A stretch of 64,000 nt of DNA from Piromyces finnis finn (GCA_002104945.1 MCFH01000032.1:186001-250000); one strand, 5' to 3'. Shown: positions 52,393-64,000, numbered from the stretch's first letter. Notes: generated from the sequence alone by a model not told the origin. Made by a program: numbers and translations.

Positions 52393-53623
52393 TGTAAAAT
52401 GGGCTAGGATTGGTATGTAACTTGGTCAGAATGTTGTATATAATATAACTTAATTTACCAATAAAATATTAAACTTATTTATTATTAAATCTTTTCTCAA
52501 AACTTATTAAATATTAAAGAATTTAAATAATACTAATTTAAAAATTAAATAGGTTTTTATATTTAAAATAAAAATTTTAATATAATTTAATTATGAAATT
52601 TGTTTATTAATTATTTATTTATTAAGATAATATTTATTAAGTTATATTATAGTTAATAATTAATAATTAATAATCTTACAAAGAATTTCAAAATTGATTT
52701 TAATTCTTTGTTTAAATACTTTTTTCTTACATATAATAAAATTACATTGATATTAATATTGATATTAATAATAAAGATAAAAATAAAATAATTTTAAATT
52801 AAAATATTAATAATTGATATTGATATTAATAATATGAATTCATATGATAGATCTTAAAATTAATCTTTTAAATTACTTTTAAAATAAAAGTATTGTTTTA
52901 ACCATTTTAAATTGTAAATATTTAATATTATAAATTGAGAATAACAATTACTGATACTAATTATATATTCTCATGATCAATTAATTAATAATTATAACTA
53001 ATGATTTTTGATCCAAAGGCTTTTTGGTTTGATTATGATTGAGGTTATTAATCAAAATTATTTGAAAAATTATTAATTGATTTTTATAATTGATTAGGTT
53101 TGTAATCGAAATTATTTATTATCTAACCTTATTTAATAATAATGGAGAATTTTTAAATTAAATTATTTATAGAAAGTTGGATGACTTGAATAATGACTTT
53201 AATTATATAAATTAATATTAATCATTTTAATATATATTATTATATATTTATTGGAACTAATTAAATCTTTAAATAGCTATATCTCAAGAACTAATGGTCT
53301 AAATTAGCTGAAAATTTGTGAGAATATAGATCTCAACTAGTACTTTCTAATAAATTTAATTTGAAGTCTCTAGAAAAGGAAAATAGGACACGAGATTCAG
53401 AAGTTATCACTAGTTTCGTATAGCACATTTTCTTCTCAAGGGTTAATTTATTGAAATTTAAATTTTTGTAATCCTTAACCCTTTTCAATATTAAATTTTT
53501 CCAAGTAAGTGATCTTTTTAATTATTTTTAAAAGTGTTTTATAATTTTTGAAATATAAATTTGATTTTTAAATTGTTTATTTGAATATTTAATTTATTTT
53601 TTAATCGTCTTCTATTCTTGACA
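52393..53623. mobile_element. Solo LTR Ib (1231 bp, related to G)
   Basis: TGTAAAATGG..TTGACA, 5-bp TSD TCACT. Shares TTGG(T)TATG..GGTCAGAATGTT with G. Confidence 0.8.
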
Positions 53624-53680
53624 TCACTTTCTATAGTAAAATATAGAATTAAGATAATATTTTCTATTGTTTAAAAAAAA

Positions 53681-54482
53681 TGATATAATTTGATAATAAT
53701 CTTAATTTTGAATTTTACTTCAAAAAGTGATTATTATATTATATCTTTTGTTATAACTATATAAGTTATATTGATTAAGATTTAAGATCGTTTTTATAAA
53801 AATTAATAAAATTGTTTTGTTAAAACACTAAATTGTTTTATTAGAAACACTTGTTTTTCTAATATTTAAATATTTAAAATTTTATTTATTTAAGTATAAA
53901 AGTGATTATTAAAATTATAAAATATTAATCTAACTATATAATATTTCTTTATTAATAATAATAATAATGATTAAAATAAGAATATTTACATGTATTTATA
54001 TTTTCTTTTAGATTTAAACTATTTACATTAAAACAATAAAATTAATAACTATTTACAATAAAAGTAATTAGAAATAACAATAAAAGAAATAATTAAAAGT
54101 TAAAGAATATAAAAAGTTGTTTATTTTACAATTAATTAAAGTAATAATTATTTTTAATGTTTTAATAAAGGTGTTTAATTATATTATTTTATAACATGAA
54201 TTATTATATTTGTTTACTTTTAAAGTGTAATTTACTAACGAAGTTATTAAATATTTAATTTAACAATTAATTTAACAAGAGTTATATATTTTGATCTCGA
54301 TTAATTAAAGTTTATTATTTTCTTTTAATAATCAAAACATATGCAGTGTTTAGGATTAATTTTATTTAAGAATTTTGGTAAAGTACTTAATTAAACTATA
54401 ACTTGTTTTAAGTTACTTTTATGGTTAACTTAAAAATCAGGTATAATAATAATTTTATATTTATTAATTTCATTATTTATCA
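53681..54482 (-). mobile_element. Solo LTR, family H (802 bp)
   Basis: Near-identical to 62061-62862, which abuts a PBS. Confidence 0.82.
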
Positions 54483-56390
54483 AAAATGATACGAAGAAAA
54501 ATATTATCTTAATTCTATAAATGAATATAGAAAGTGATAATATTTGTATCTAAAATTTAATAAATAAAAATAAATAAGAAAATAAAAATAGAATGAATGA
54601 TTTTTATACTTGTTCATTTGCAAGTCTTTGTTAGTTTAAAATATAAAATTATTTTATTTAATTATAAAGTTTTAATATTTAATAACTCTTGTATTATTAA
54701 ATATATATATGTTATGGTTTAATACATCTTGAATGTATGTAAATATAATCACAACTATTATTATAATAAAATTTAATATTATTATCTAATTTTACTGGAT
54801 TATTAGGAACATCTTTTAAAATAAAATAATTCTATCACTATTTATACAAAATTATTATTTTAAAGTATAATTATAAACAAATATAAACTATTTAATTTAA
54901 AACTAAATAAACAATTAAATAGACAAAAAGTTTACATTTATAGTTTTTAATTTAATAATTTTATACATGTTAATTATTTTAATTTTCAACTATCTGTGTT
55001 TTAATATTATTATTATTATTATTATTATAAATTCATAATTTATAAATTTAATTATTTATCAATATCTTCGCCCTTAAGATATAACTTCGTCCCTTGAAGT
55101 TATGAAAAGAAAAATAATAGATAAAGAATTAAATTTTATAAATAATTAAAGATCTTCATTTTATTACTTCTTCTTCTTCTTAGGATTTTCTTCTTTCTTT
55201 CTTTATATGCATGTTTAATTTCTAATGTCCTCAATTAATTTATTTTTAATATATAATTTTCCGGATATTTTTTTTATAGTAGCTGCAGTGTCTTTTTCAA
55301 ATAAATTTATTCTTCATTTATATCCACATCAAATAAAGCTTACTTAAGGTTTATTATTATTTAAAGTTTATTTTCTGATACTTTTATTCCATTATCCACA
55401 TATTATTTTGAAATTCATATAAGTTTTTAGAAGAGCGGAGCAGTGGGAATATAATGTTTTTCATTCAGGTGAAATATACATTATAATTTTATTATTTTAT
55501 AATATATAATTGGTATATTATAATTGATTATGGATTTATAATTGAATTATATTATAATGTTTTTGTATTATAATATTGATTTTATTTTAAATAATTTGAA
55601 TATTTAAAATTTTGATATTAATGTTGTTTATTTAATTATTGGAATTAAATATTTGTGAAATTTTTTTTAATATATATTAATAATATATTGGAATATATTA
55701 ATATATATTGTTGAAGTATTGTTAATTCCGATTTTAATTAATTTTGAAATTAATTAAATTTGAAGTAGCAGTAGTTTCCTATGGGGAACAGAGAGGTTCG
55801 CGTAATTCCCTCCGGCCTTAAGACTAGCTACGCAGTAGATTTTTGGATTCTCCACCATTTGATACGAAGAAAAATATTATCTTAATTCTATAAATGAATA
55901 TAGAAAGTGATAATATTTGTATCTAAAATTTAATAAATAAAAATAAATAAGAAAATAAAAATAGAATGAATGATTTTTATACTTGTTCATTTGCAAGTCT
56001 TTGTTAGTTTAAAATATAAAATTATTTTATTTAATTATAAAGTTTTAATATTTAATAACTCTTGTATTATTAAATATATATATGTTATGGTTTAATACAT
56101 CTTGAATGTATGTAAATATAATCACAACTATTATTATAATAAAATTTAATATTATTATCTAATTTTACTGGATTATTAGGAACATCTTTTAAAATAAAAT
56201 AATTCTATCACTATTTATACAAAATTATTATTTTAAAGTATAATTATAAACAAATATAAACTATTTAATTTAAAACTAAATAAACAATTAAATAGACAAA
56301 AAGTTTACATTTATAGTTTTTAATTTAATAATTTTATACATGTTAATTATTTTAATTTTCAACTATCTGTGTTTTAATATTATTATTATT

Positions 56391-56774
56391 TGTAAAAGTT
56401 TTACTAAACTTATAATTTAATATTAAAATATCAAATTAAATAAAAGGTTAAAAGATAACTAGGTTAGAAAAAAAATGTTTTATTAAAATAATCTTAATTG
56501 ATTTATAAATGAATAATTATATTATGTATTATAGTTAAAATAATTCCTTTTTATTTTATTTAAAGAATATATATAATAATAAGATTATTTAATAGTAATA
56601 CTTATTAAGTATTAATAAGATAATAATCTTTACAAAGATTTAATTCATAAAACTATTCTAAACTATTTATACTATTTGTAATTTTACATTTAATACTAAA
56701 ATAACTTTTTAGTACATGATTATATTCATAATATATTTTATAATACTAAGGCTAAACTTAAGACTTACTACTAA

Positions 56775-56821
<47 letters not shown>

Positions 56822-57976
56822 TTCCGAGTGCATTTCTCCCATCGATCAGAGTTAGCTCCAATGGTGGTTCTTAGAGAAACGTTGGCTCATTCCTATTGCT
56901 AGGTGGTTGTGACCCTCCTGGTCTGTCATACTGTTTCTTCAGCTTCGACGCTCACTTAATCCATGTACATTAGATGCATGTCGTTGTACGATATTTCACA
57001 ACTACAATGCTAAGCCTCTTATAGTCAATTTGATCACGTGTCAACCGCCCCCTAATGTTTACACTTAAATTGATTAAGGAATATTATGTGTTTTTGGCAT
57101 AGCCTAAGTCACCACTTATTAAGTTCTAATTTGGAATGTACCATGTACACTAGACCCTCTCAGGCCGGCTAGACGAGTGTTATTATCATAGTAGTAAATT
57201 AGAAAGTTCATTTATACTTACCTGAATATCATAACCCAACCCATGGCAAACCCAGTGGGAAAATCCACAGGCACTGACATCTGCGGGGTCGAACCAGAAG
57301 CCTTATGTATGCTAAGGAAACGCCTTAACAACCAGGATAAAAACTGGAACGATACTACTAATTATTAAAATAACTATTGTTTATATATTTATAATATTAA
57401 TTATTTCTTAATTATAATATAATTCATTGAATATAATATTAATAATTATAATCCTCTAGTTCAAAGATTATAAATTATGTTATTGAAATAATTATTATAA
57501 AATAAAGTTAATTAGTTCCGGAAAATAATTTTAATTTAATTAAACAATAATTTTTTATACTTTGAGTGAATGATTTATGTTTGATATATCAGGGGTGATC
57601 ATTCTCTGAATAAACAATTAATCATTGCTAACAAAATATCTTTAAATTGGAATATCTCGTGAACCAGCAGAGATATTGACCTGATTTTAAGATATGTTGT
57701 TTGTCTCGAGCGTGGCTTTCTAACGAACTTAATTATAACCAAAAAAGATACGCGTGTTTTTTCTTATTCCATTTTAACGATAAGGGTTAAAGTTATTTAT
57801 TATAAAAATTATTAAGGGTTAAGGTCATATTTTAACCTTTTCTAAATTTTTAAATATTTCTTAATAAAATTTTATAATTTATTTGAAAATAAAATATTTG
57901 TTGATTTTGAATTTTCATAAGTGATTTCACAATTCCAAGTGATCTTGAAATTGTAATTTCACTAGTATTCGTGACA
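56391..57976. mobile_element. Solo LTR, family E, copy 2 (contains the SINE)
   Basis: TG..CA with 5-bp TSD TTATT. Confidence 0.85.
56782..57352 (-). mobile_element. tRNA-derived SINE (~570 bp)
   Basis: 37-nt poly(A) (T-run 56782-56818), 16-bp TSD TACTACTAATTATTAA, B box GGTTCGACCCC (57295-57285), CTTAGCA loop resembling tRNA-Ala(AGC). Confidence 0.85.
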
Positions 57977-58039
57977 TTATTATTATTATTATAAATTCAT
58001 AATTTATAAATTTAATTATTTATCAAAAAATTGTAAAGA

Positions 58040-58111
58040 AGCAGCGTAGCGCAGTGGAAGCGTGGTGGGCTCATAACCCACAGGTCGTATGATCGAAACA
58101 TACCGCTGCTA
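58040..58111 (+). tRNA. tRNA-iMet: Initiator tRNA-Met (CAT), copy 3
   Basis: Identical to copies 1 and 2. Confidence 0.97.
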
Positions 58112-58177
58112 AGGAATTATTATTCTTTTGTAAGAAAATCTTGTATCTGATCAAGTGGTGCAAGTTTGATTTTGGTC

Positions 58178-59060
58178 GTGCGCATTAGTTCAGATTAAGT
58201 GTTTTAACAAATGGAAAAACTAAAGTTGTATTATTTTGCATCTTGTTAATTACATTCCTAAATTTAGAAAATATACATGGTGCAAATAAAGTAGGATTCT
58301 TAATAAAAAATTAATGAAGCATGGTGATGCTAAAACTTACTTCCTGAAATGGAGGTAAGAAAAAACCATTTATAATCATATTTTTAAGTTTCTTCTTGGT
58401 GGAATTTTAGCTTATGATGAGCTACAAATCGATAAGGCGGAACAAAGACATTTGAATGAACAGCTTTACAGTTCATAGGGGTTTCATGTTCCATAAGTAG
58501 AGGCTCTCGCGGTTTTTCTTACTAAAACAATCCCTATTATTAGTAGTTCAATGAAGTTTTTTTTTGATAGGTTTAGTAAGACACCTAACGTAATCAAGAG
58601 CGCCGACGTCGTACCGATATGGCAAAGGAGCATTCCTAATATTCCGTACACTGGGTTTAATGTTAATATTTCTTCGAATGAAAACATTATGAACTCATAG
58701 GAGAGTTTAGTGAACATCACATTATCATTCCTGATGTTACTTCTCTTTTTTATTTCATTTAACTTATTAGGTAGGGACCAATCCCACACAGTACGAATTG
58801 CAGAGTTCATTGAACTTTTATGCAATTTTAATAATTATTTTATTATATATATATATATATTATTATTATTATTATTATTATTTATTATTTATTTATTATA
58901 TCAATATGTATTATTACCTAATATAATGTAATATTTCAAATTAAATAAATAAATATAAGAAGTGTATTCTCTTTCCAGTTTAAAAAAAAATGGTGATGCT
59001 AAAGTAGTTAAAAACTTTTAATGGAAAAATCTCAAAGGAAATTTAATCAAAGCTTAATGT
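58178..59060 (+). pseudogene. Decayed 5'-truncated LINE remnant of the same family (58178-58334 plus 58990-59060)
   Basis: Aligns to the CALAQVRCFNKWKN..KKHGDVKAVKNFYWKDLKGNSIKA coding region with many substitutions. Confidence 0.8.
58335..58989 (+). mobile_element. 3' fragment of a second, divergent LINE family
   Basis: 14-bp TSD ATGGTGATGCTAAA, short poly(A). Translation IFKFLLGG..LAVFLTKTIP..FDRFSKT resembles the C-terminus of the main LINE. Confidence 0.75.
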
Positions 59061-59172
59061 ATTTAAATAATATATTTAAATAATGAATAATAAAAATTAT
59101 AATAAATATTAATTAATTAATAAGAAAATAGATAAATTATATAGAATTTATCCATATTTCTTACAAACAAAA

Positions 59173-59951
59173 TGATGCGTTGACCTATATATTTTTGAAT
59201 AAATAATAAATTCTAGGATTTAGATGAAACAATATATTTAAAAATAAAATATGTTTTATAATTAACAAATAAGTCTCTTAAACTCAAAAAAATAAATTAT
59301 GTTTTTAAATTATTTCTTTATTATATTTTTATTGTCTGTCTTTTTAAAGAAGAATTTTTTTCTTTTTTTTATACATTTTCATTTATTACATACATTATTA
59401 TTTTTAGCTATTAAATATTACTATTACTATTGTTATTATTTATTAAAATTAAAAGAATAAATTAAAATTTTGCTTTAGTATTATAAAATATTACTTATTT
59501 GATCTTCTTTTACTTCAAAATGTTTAAACTTAAAAAAAAGTATTATAAACTATCATTAAATATATAATACCTTAAATAAAATAATAAAAATTTAAAATTA
59601 AAAAAATATTAAAATAAAATTAAAATGAAATTAAAATAAAATTATAACAAAATTAAAATATTAAAAGTATCAATTATTATAAATATAAAAACGAAATTAA
59701 ATTTGTCAAATTTAGAATTATTGTATCAATAATAAATAGTATTTTATAGAATAAATTTGGTGTTATTATGTTATTATTCTATATAAATATTATTAAATAA
59801 TAAAACTATCTAAATTATATAATAGAAATTAGATTTATTAATAAACAAGTAGATATTGTTAAAGCTCGTACAATAACTATCGAGATAAAACAATATAAGA
59901 TAACAAAGAAGTAGTTTAAGAATTTGTAACATAGCTACCAATCCATTATCA
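59173..59951. mobile_element. Putative solo LTR, family B (779 bp)
   Basis: TGATG..TATCA flanked by AAAA/AAAAA. Confidence 0.7.
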
Positions 59952-59956
59952 AAAAA

Positions 59957-61644
59957 TGATATAATTTGATAATAATCATAATTTTGAATTTTACTTCAAA
60001 AAGTGATTATTATATTATATCTTTAGATATAACTGTATAAATTATATAAGTTAAAAATTGTTTTATAATAATACAAATTGTTTTATTAGAAATAAATATT
60101 TATTTAATTGTTTAAAAAAATGATTATTAAAATTATAAAAATATTAACTAAACTATATAATATTTTCTTTATTAATAATAATAAGATATTCTAACTTTTC
60201 TTGTTCTGGTACCTTATATAAATTACACCAATGTTTGAAAGAAAATTCCCAATCATCAAATTCAACCTTTGTTGAACCCAAAATAGATATTCTATTAAAG
60301 GTAATACCTTTAGTAGTATTATCCATTATTACTTTTTATTTTTATTTTGTTTAATTTTATTTTAATATTTTATTTAAAAACTCAATTTTTATTTATTCTC
60401 AATAATTTAGTTATAAGAACAATAATATGTTTTTATTTACAACAATCTTTATTTACAATAATTTAGTTATAAGTACAGTAATATGTTTTTATTTACAATA
60501 GTCTTTATTTACAATAATATAATTTTATTTACAGGTATTTTATTTATTATACTTTTATTAAAATAATCTTATATAACGTCTATATAATGTAATATAAAAG
60601 GAGTAATCGGTTGTTACTTGTAGACACTTGTTTTAGTTTTATTGTAATTAAGAAGATTTTATTTTTGAGAAAATGTTAAGAATATATTTTATTTATATTA
60701 AGTTATTTATATATTAGTATTGTAAAAAAAAAAATTTAATTTAGAGTAGGATGTTTATTTTTATTTCTTTATTATAAAGCAGAAAATAATATTGATTATG
60801 TTATTATAGTACCTTCAGAGTACCCGACAGTTTCGTCACCGTGCCTTTCGACCTCCACTAACTAACCGTCATAAATATTAAGTGGTGTAATATTTACTTA
60901 TTAGTTAGCGCTCTACTCCCCCACGATATGTGATAAAACTGCACTCTTACTAACTTACTATAAAACACTTTAATTATCTTAGTAATTAATTAACCGAAAA
61001 GATAAACAAAAGTTATTTTTCGCTGAAAATTAACTAAAAAGACAACTCAATATTATTGCTTTTATTATTTAAAATTTATAACAATACTTTTAATTTTATT
61101 TGACCGATGATTATATTTTATAATTAAATAATTTTTATCTTTAATTTATAAATTATAATTATTAATTTATAATTATAATTTATGTATTTCTTTTTCTTTT
61201 AAAAAAAATAATTAAATATAAAACTTTATTTACAGGATTTATTTTTCGCTTTTTAGTGCCTTACAACAATTTAATTAACCGGCAAAAGCTACTAACTAGA
61301 GGTGATATACTAGACCTCAAAATAAATTTAAACTATATATTTTTATGTCGCTTTACCTTCACGACAAACCTTTAGCCTTCGGTGACTAAAGTTCCTTATT
61401 CGCCAGAGTTCACAAAAGTATTCAACTTGAGAGTCCTGTATTGCGTGCTTTTTATCACACTAACAATCCCTTCCCCCAAGTAAGCGTTCTATTCACACTC
61501 GTCCTACTTTTACAAATACTTCAGTGATTAACAGCTATAGTTTCTAACCAACTGAAACTAGTTAATTATACACTGAAACTCTGTATATGAGCTCTATACG
61601 CTCCTAGTATATTTTTACAAGTATTTTTATTTATAAAGTTTTAT

Positions 61645-61683
<39 letters not shown>

Positions 61684-62862
61684 CTTTTCTTATTTAAAAT
61701 ATCTATATATTTTATCTAATATATAATGTTTATATATCAATTTACTATATTAATACTATACTATTAAGTATTATAATTTATTTATTTTATTTTAATATTG
61801 ATTTAATAATATTTAAATAATATTTCAATATTGAATATTGATTTATTATTTTAATATTATTTTATTATTTAATAAGTTATAATTTCTAAATAGATAAAAT
61901 ATTGAGAATATTTAACTATTCTATTAACTATCTATTCTATACTATTATAACTTAATTATTTAATTAATTTCATAGAATATTTTACTATTCTATATGAAAT
62001 TTTTATATAAAGAAAATTTATATATTTACCTTATTTTGATTCTCCGGTTCGAAGGACCATTGATATAATTTGATAATAATCTTAATTTTGAATTTTACTT
62101 CAAAAAGTGATTATTATATTATATCTTTTGTTATAACTATATAAGTTATATTGATTAAGATTTAAAATCGTTTTTATAAAAATTAATAAAATTGTTTTGT
62201 TAAAACACTAAATTGTTTTATTAGAAACACTTGTTTTTCTAATATTTAAATATTTAAAATTTTATTTATTTAAGTATAAAAGTGATTATTAAAATTATAA
62301 AATATTAATCTAACTATATAATATTTCTTTATTAATAATAATAATAATGATTAAAATAAGAATATTTACATGTATTTATATTTTCTTTTGAATTTAAACT
62401 ATTTACATTAAAACAATAAAATTAATAACTATTTACAATAAAAGTAATTAGAAATAACAATAAAAGAAATAATTAAAAGTTAAAGAATATAAAAAGTTGT
62501 TTATTTTACAATTAATTAAAATAATAATTATTTTTAATGTTTTAATAAAGGTGTTTAATTATATTATTTTATAACATGAATTATTATATTTGTTTACTTT
62601 TAAAGTGTAATTTACTAACGAAGTTATTAAATATTTAATTTAACAATTAATTTAACAAGAGTTATATATTTTGATCTCGATTAATTAAAGTTTATTATTT
62701 TCTTTCAATAATCAAAATATATGCAGTGTTTAGGATTAATTTTATTTAAGAATTTTGGTAAAGTACTTAATTAAACTATAACTTGTTTTAAGTTACTTTT
62801 AGGGTTAACTTAAAAATCAGGTATAATAATAATTTTATATTTATTAATTTCATTATTTATCA
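59957..62862 (-). mobile_element. Internally deleted LTR retrotransposon, family H: 5' LTR 62061-62862, PBS, 1.7-kb leader, gag start, partial 3' LTR 59957-~60182
   Basis: Minus-strand PBS TGGTCCTTCGAACCGGA (62059-62043). Gag-like start at ATG 60326. Flanks AAAAA/ATAAA. Confidence 0.78.
60183..60326 (-). pseudogene. Truncated gag N-terminus
   Basis: MDNTTKGITFNRISILGSTKVEFDDWEFSFKHWCNLYKVPEQEKLEYL, downstream of an LTR and PBS; below the ORF-track length cutoff. Confidence 0.6.
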
Positions 62863-62869
62863 ATAAATT

Positions 62870-63318
62870 TGTAAAAGGTGTTTTTATAATATTAGTTAAT
62901 AAGTTGTATAGTTTAGTTAATTAAGTTAGTTATTACCTCTCTATACGAGTTAATAACTAAATAAAGTTTTATAAAAAATAATAAAAGAAATAAAATAAAT
63001 ATTATAACACTAAAATAATTACAAACAAATGTATAAAGATTTTATGAAATAATGTTTAATTAAATAATTCTATATTAATTATATTTTTTATTTATTAATT
63101 ATAATTATATACATTAATTATTATTATAGTTACTAATTTACTTTAATACTAACGCTAAAGTATTTAACGTTAGTTTTAACTATACTATTTAACTATATTA
63201 GTTTATTTTCTTTACCACTTGATTGGGTAAAGCAAATAAACTTCCTATTTAATTAATAACCATTAATATATGGTTATACATATATCTGGCCAATAAATGG
63301 TGACCAGAATATATGGTT
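62870..63318. mobile_element. Probable further LTR (K), interrupted by G
   Basis: Begins TGTAAAAGG 7 bp after the H LTR. Right end not visible in the window. Confidence 0.35.
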
Positions 63319-64000
63319 TGTTAAGTTTTTGGGTTTGGTTATGTGGCCAGGTCAGAATGTTATTAATTATATAGTAAAAATGTTTTTTAAGAAATTAAAT
63401 TTAATTATAAAATAACACCTTAAACTCCCAAATGAAAAATGAAAAATTTATATTTACTTTAAAATAACTTTTTATAAATTTTTTATTTATTTAATAATAA
63501 TAATATAAATGATATTATAAGTAACTATATAATTAAGATTATAACTATAATCTTTACAAAGAATTAAAATCGAATTCAATTCATTTTCTTTTATATTCTT
63601 TGTTCAGATTATTAAATTGATATTAATAAGAATAAAGTATTACATGTAATATATTAGTAATATAATTAAATAAGTAATAAGATTGTTTGTTTGTTTGTTT
63701 GTCATGACATAAAATAAAATAAACATATGATTAATCATTTAAACAGTTGATCCTAATTAGTAATTATAAAAACTATTCAATTAATAATTCATCATTATTA
63801 ATTGATATTACCATAACATATTTGTTATAATTAAATAATTATTATTTTCAAAATTATTTCTAATAAAACTTGCCGTTAACCTATTTTATAATAATTAAGA
63901 TTATTTAATTTATAGGTGTTAACTGTTACACCTAAATGGGTCTAGTTCTATTTTTAGTAACAATCGTTATCATTAATTAAATTAATATAACTAAAATTCC
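63319..64000. mobile_element. Solo LTR, family G, copy 3 (runs off the window)
   Basis: TGTTAAGTTTTTGGG..GGCCAGGTCAGAATG, colinear with 23756 and 50711. Confidence 0.75.

Larger units (their letters stand above)
50171..53672 (+). mobile_element. Diverged D-family LTR in opposite orientation, carrying three nested solo LTRs
   Basis: Starts TGATAAATAATTAAATTT (reverse complement of the D end). Host sequence resumes TCACTTTCTATA at 53624. Terminal CA is degenerate. Confidence 0.7.
54487..58025 (-). mobile_element. Non-autonomous LTR element, family D: 3' LTR 54487-55061, ~800-bp internal region, 5' LTR 55860-58025 (split by E)
   Basis: Minus-strand PBS TGGTGGAGAAT (55857-55847), purine-rich PPT AAGGGCGAAGATAT next to 55061, flanks AAAA/AAAAA. 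Confidence 0.85.

Noticed and set aside
58484-58931. ORF-track calls 58484-58825 and 58710-58931 as genes
   Set aside because: They overlap a LINE 3' fragment and its AT-repeat UTR; no recognisable protein features.

Overview
Very AT-rich eukaryotic DNA with GT-AG introns, most consistent with an anaerobic gut fungus (Neocallimastigomycota; inference, not proven). The first 9.5 kb holds two host genes: a 9-exon uncharacterised coiled-coil/membrane protein and HSP90. The remaining 54 kb is organised around three identical initiator tRNA-Met genes (9842, 34599, 58040). These appear to derive from a ~215-bp repeated unit that has been inflated by retroelements inserting at fixed distances from the tRNA. 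(1) An APE-RT LINE family sits ~62-67 bp downstream of each tRNA (two intact copies in tandem, one truncated, one decayed). (2) TG..CA LTRs and LTR elements are stacked head-to-tail at an A-run ~14-15 bp upstream of the tRNA. (3) A different group of ~0.7-1.2 kb solo LTRs lands 49-52 bp inside the tRNA-proximal end of a stacked LTR, i.e. about -65. Nested inside are two self-priming chromoviral Ty3/gypsy elements, a Ty1/copia element whose primer site matches the tRNA-Lys(CUU) anticodon arm, and a tRNA-derived SINE. All alignments, splice models and folds were done by eye.
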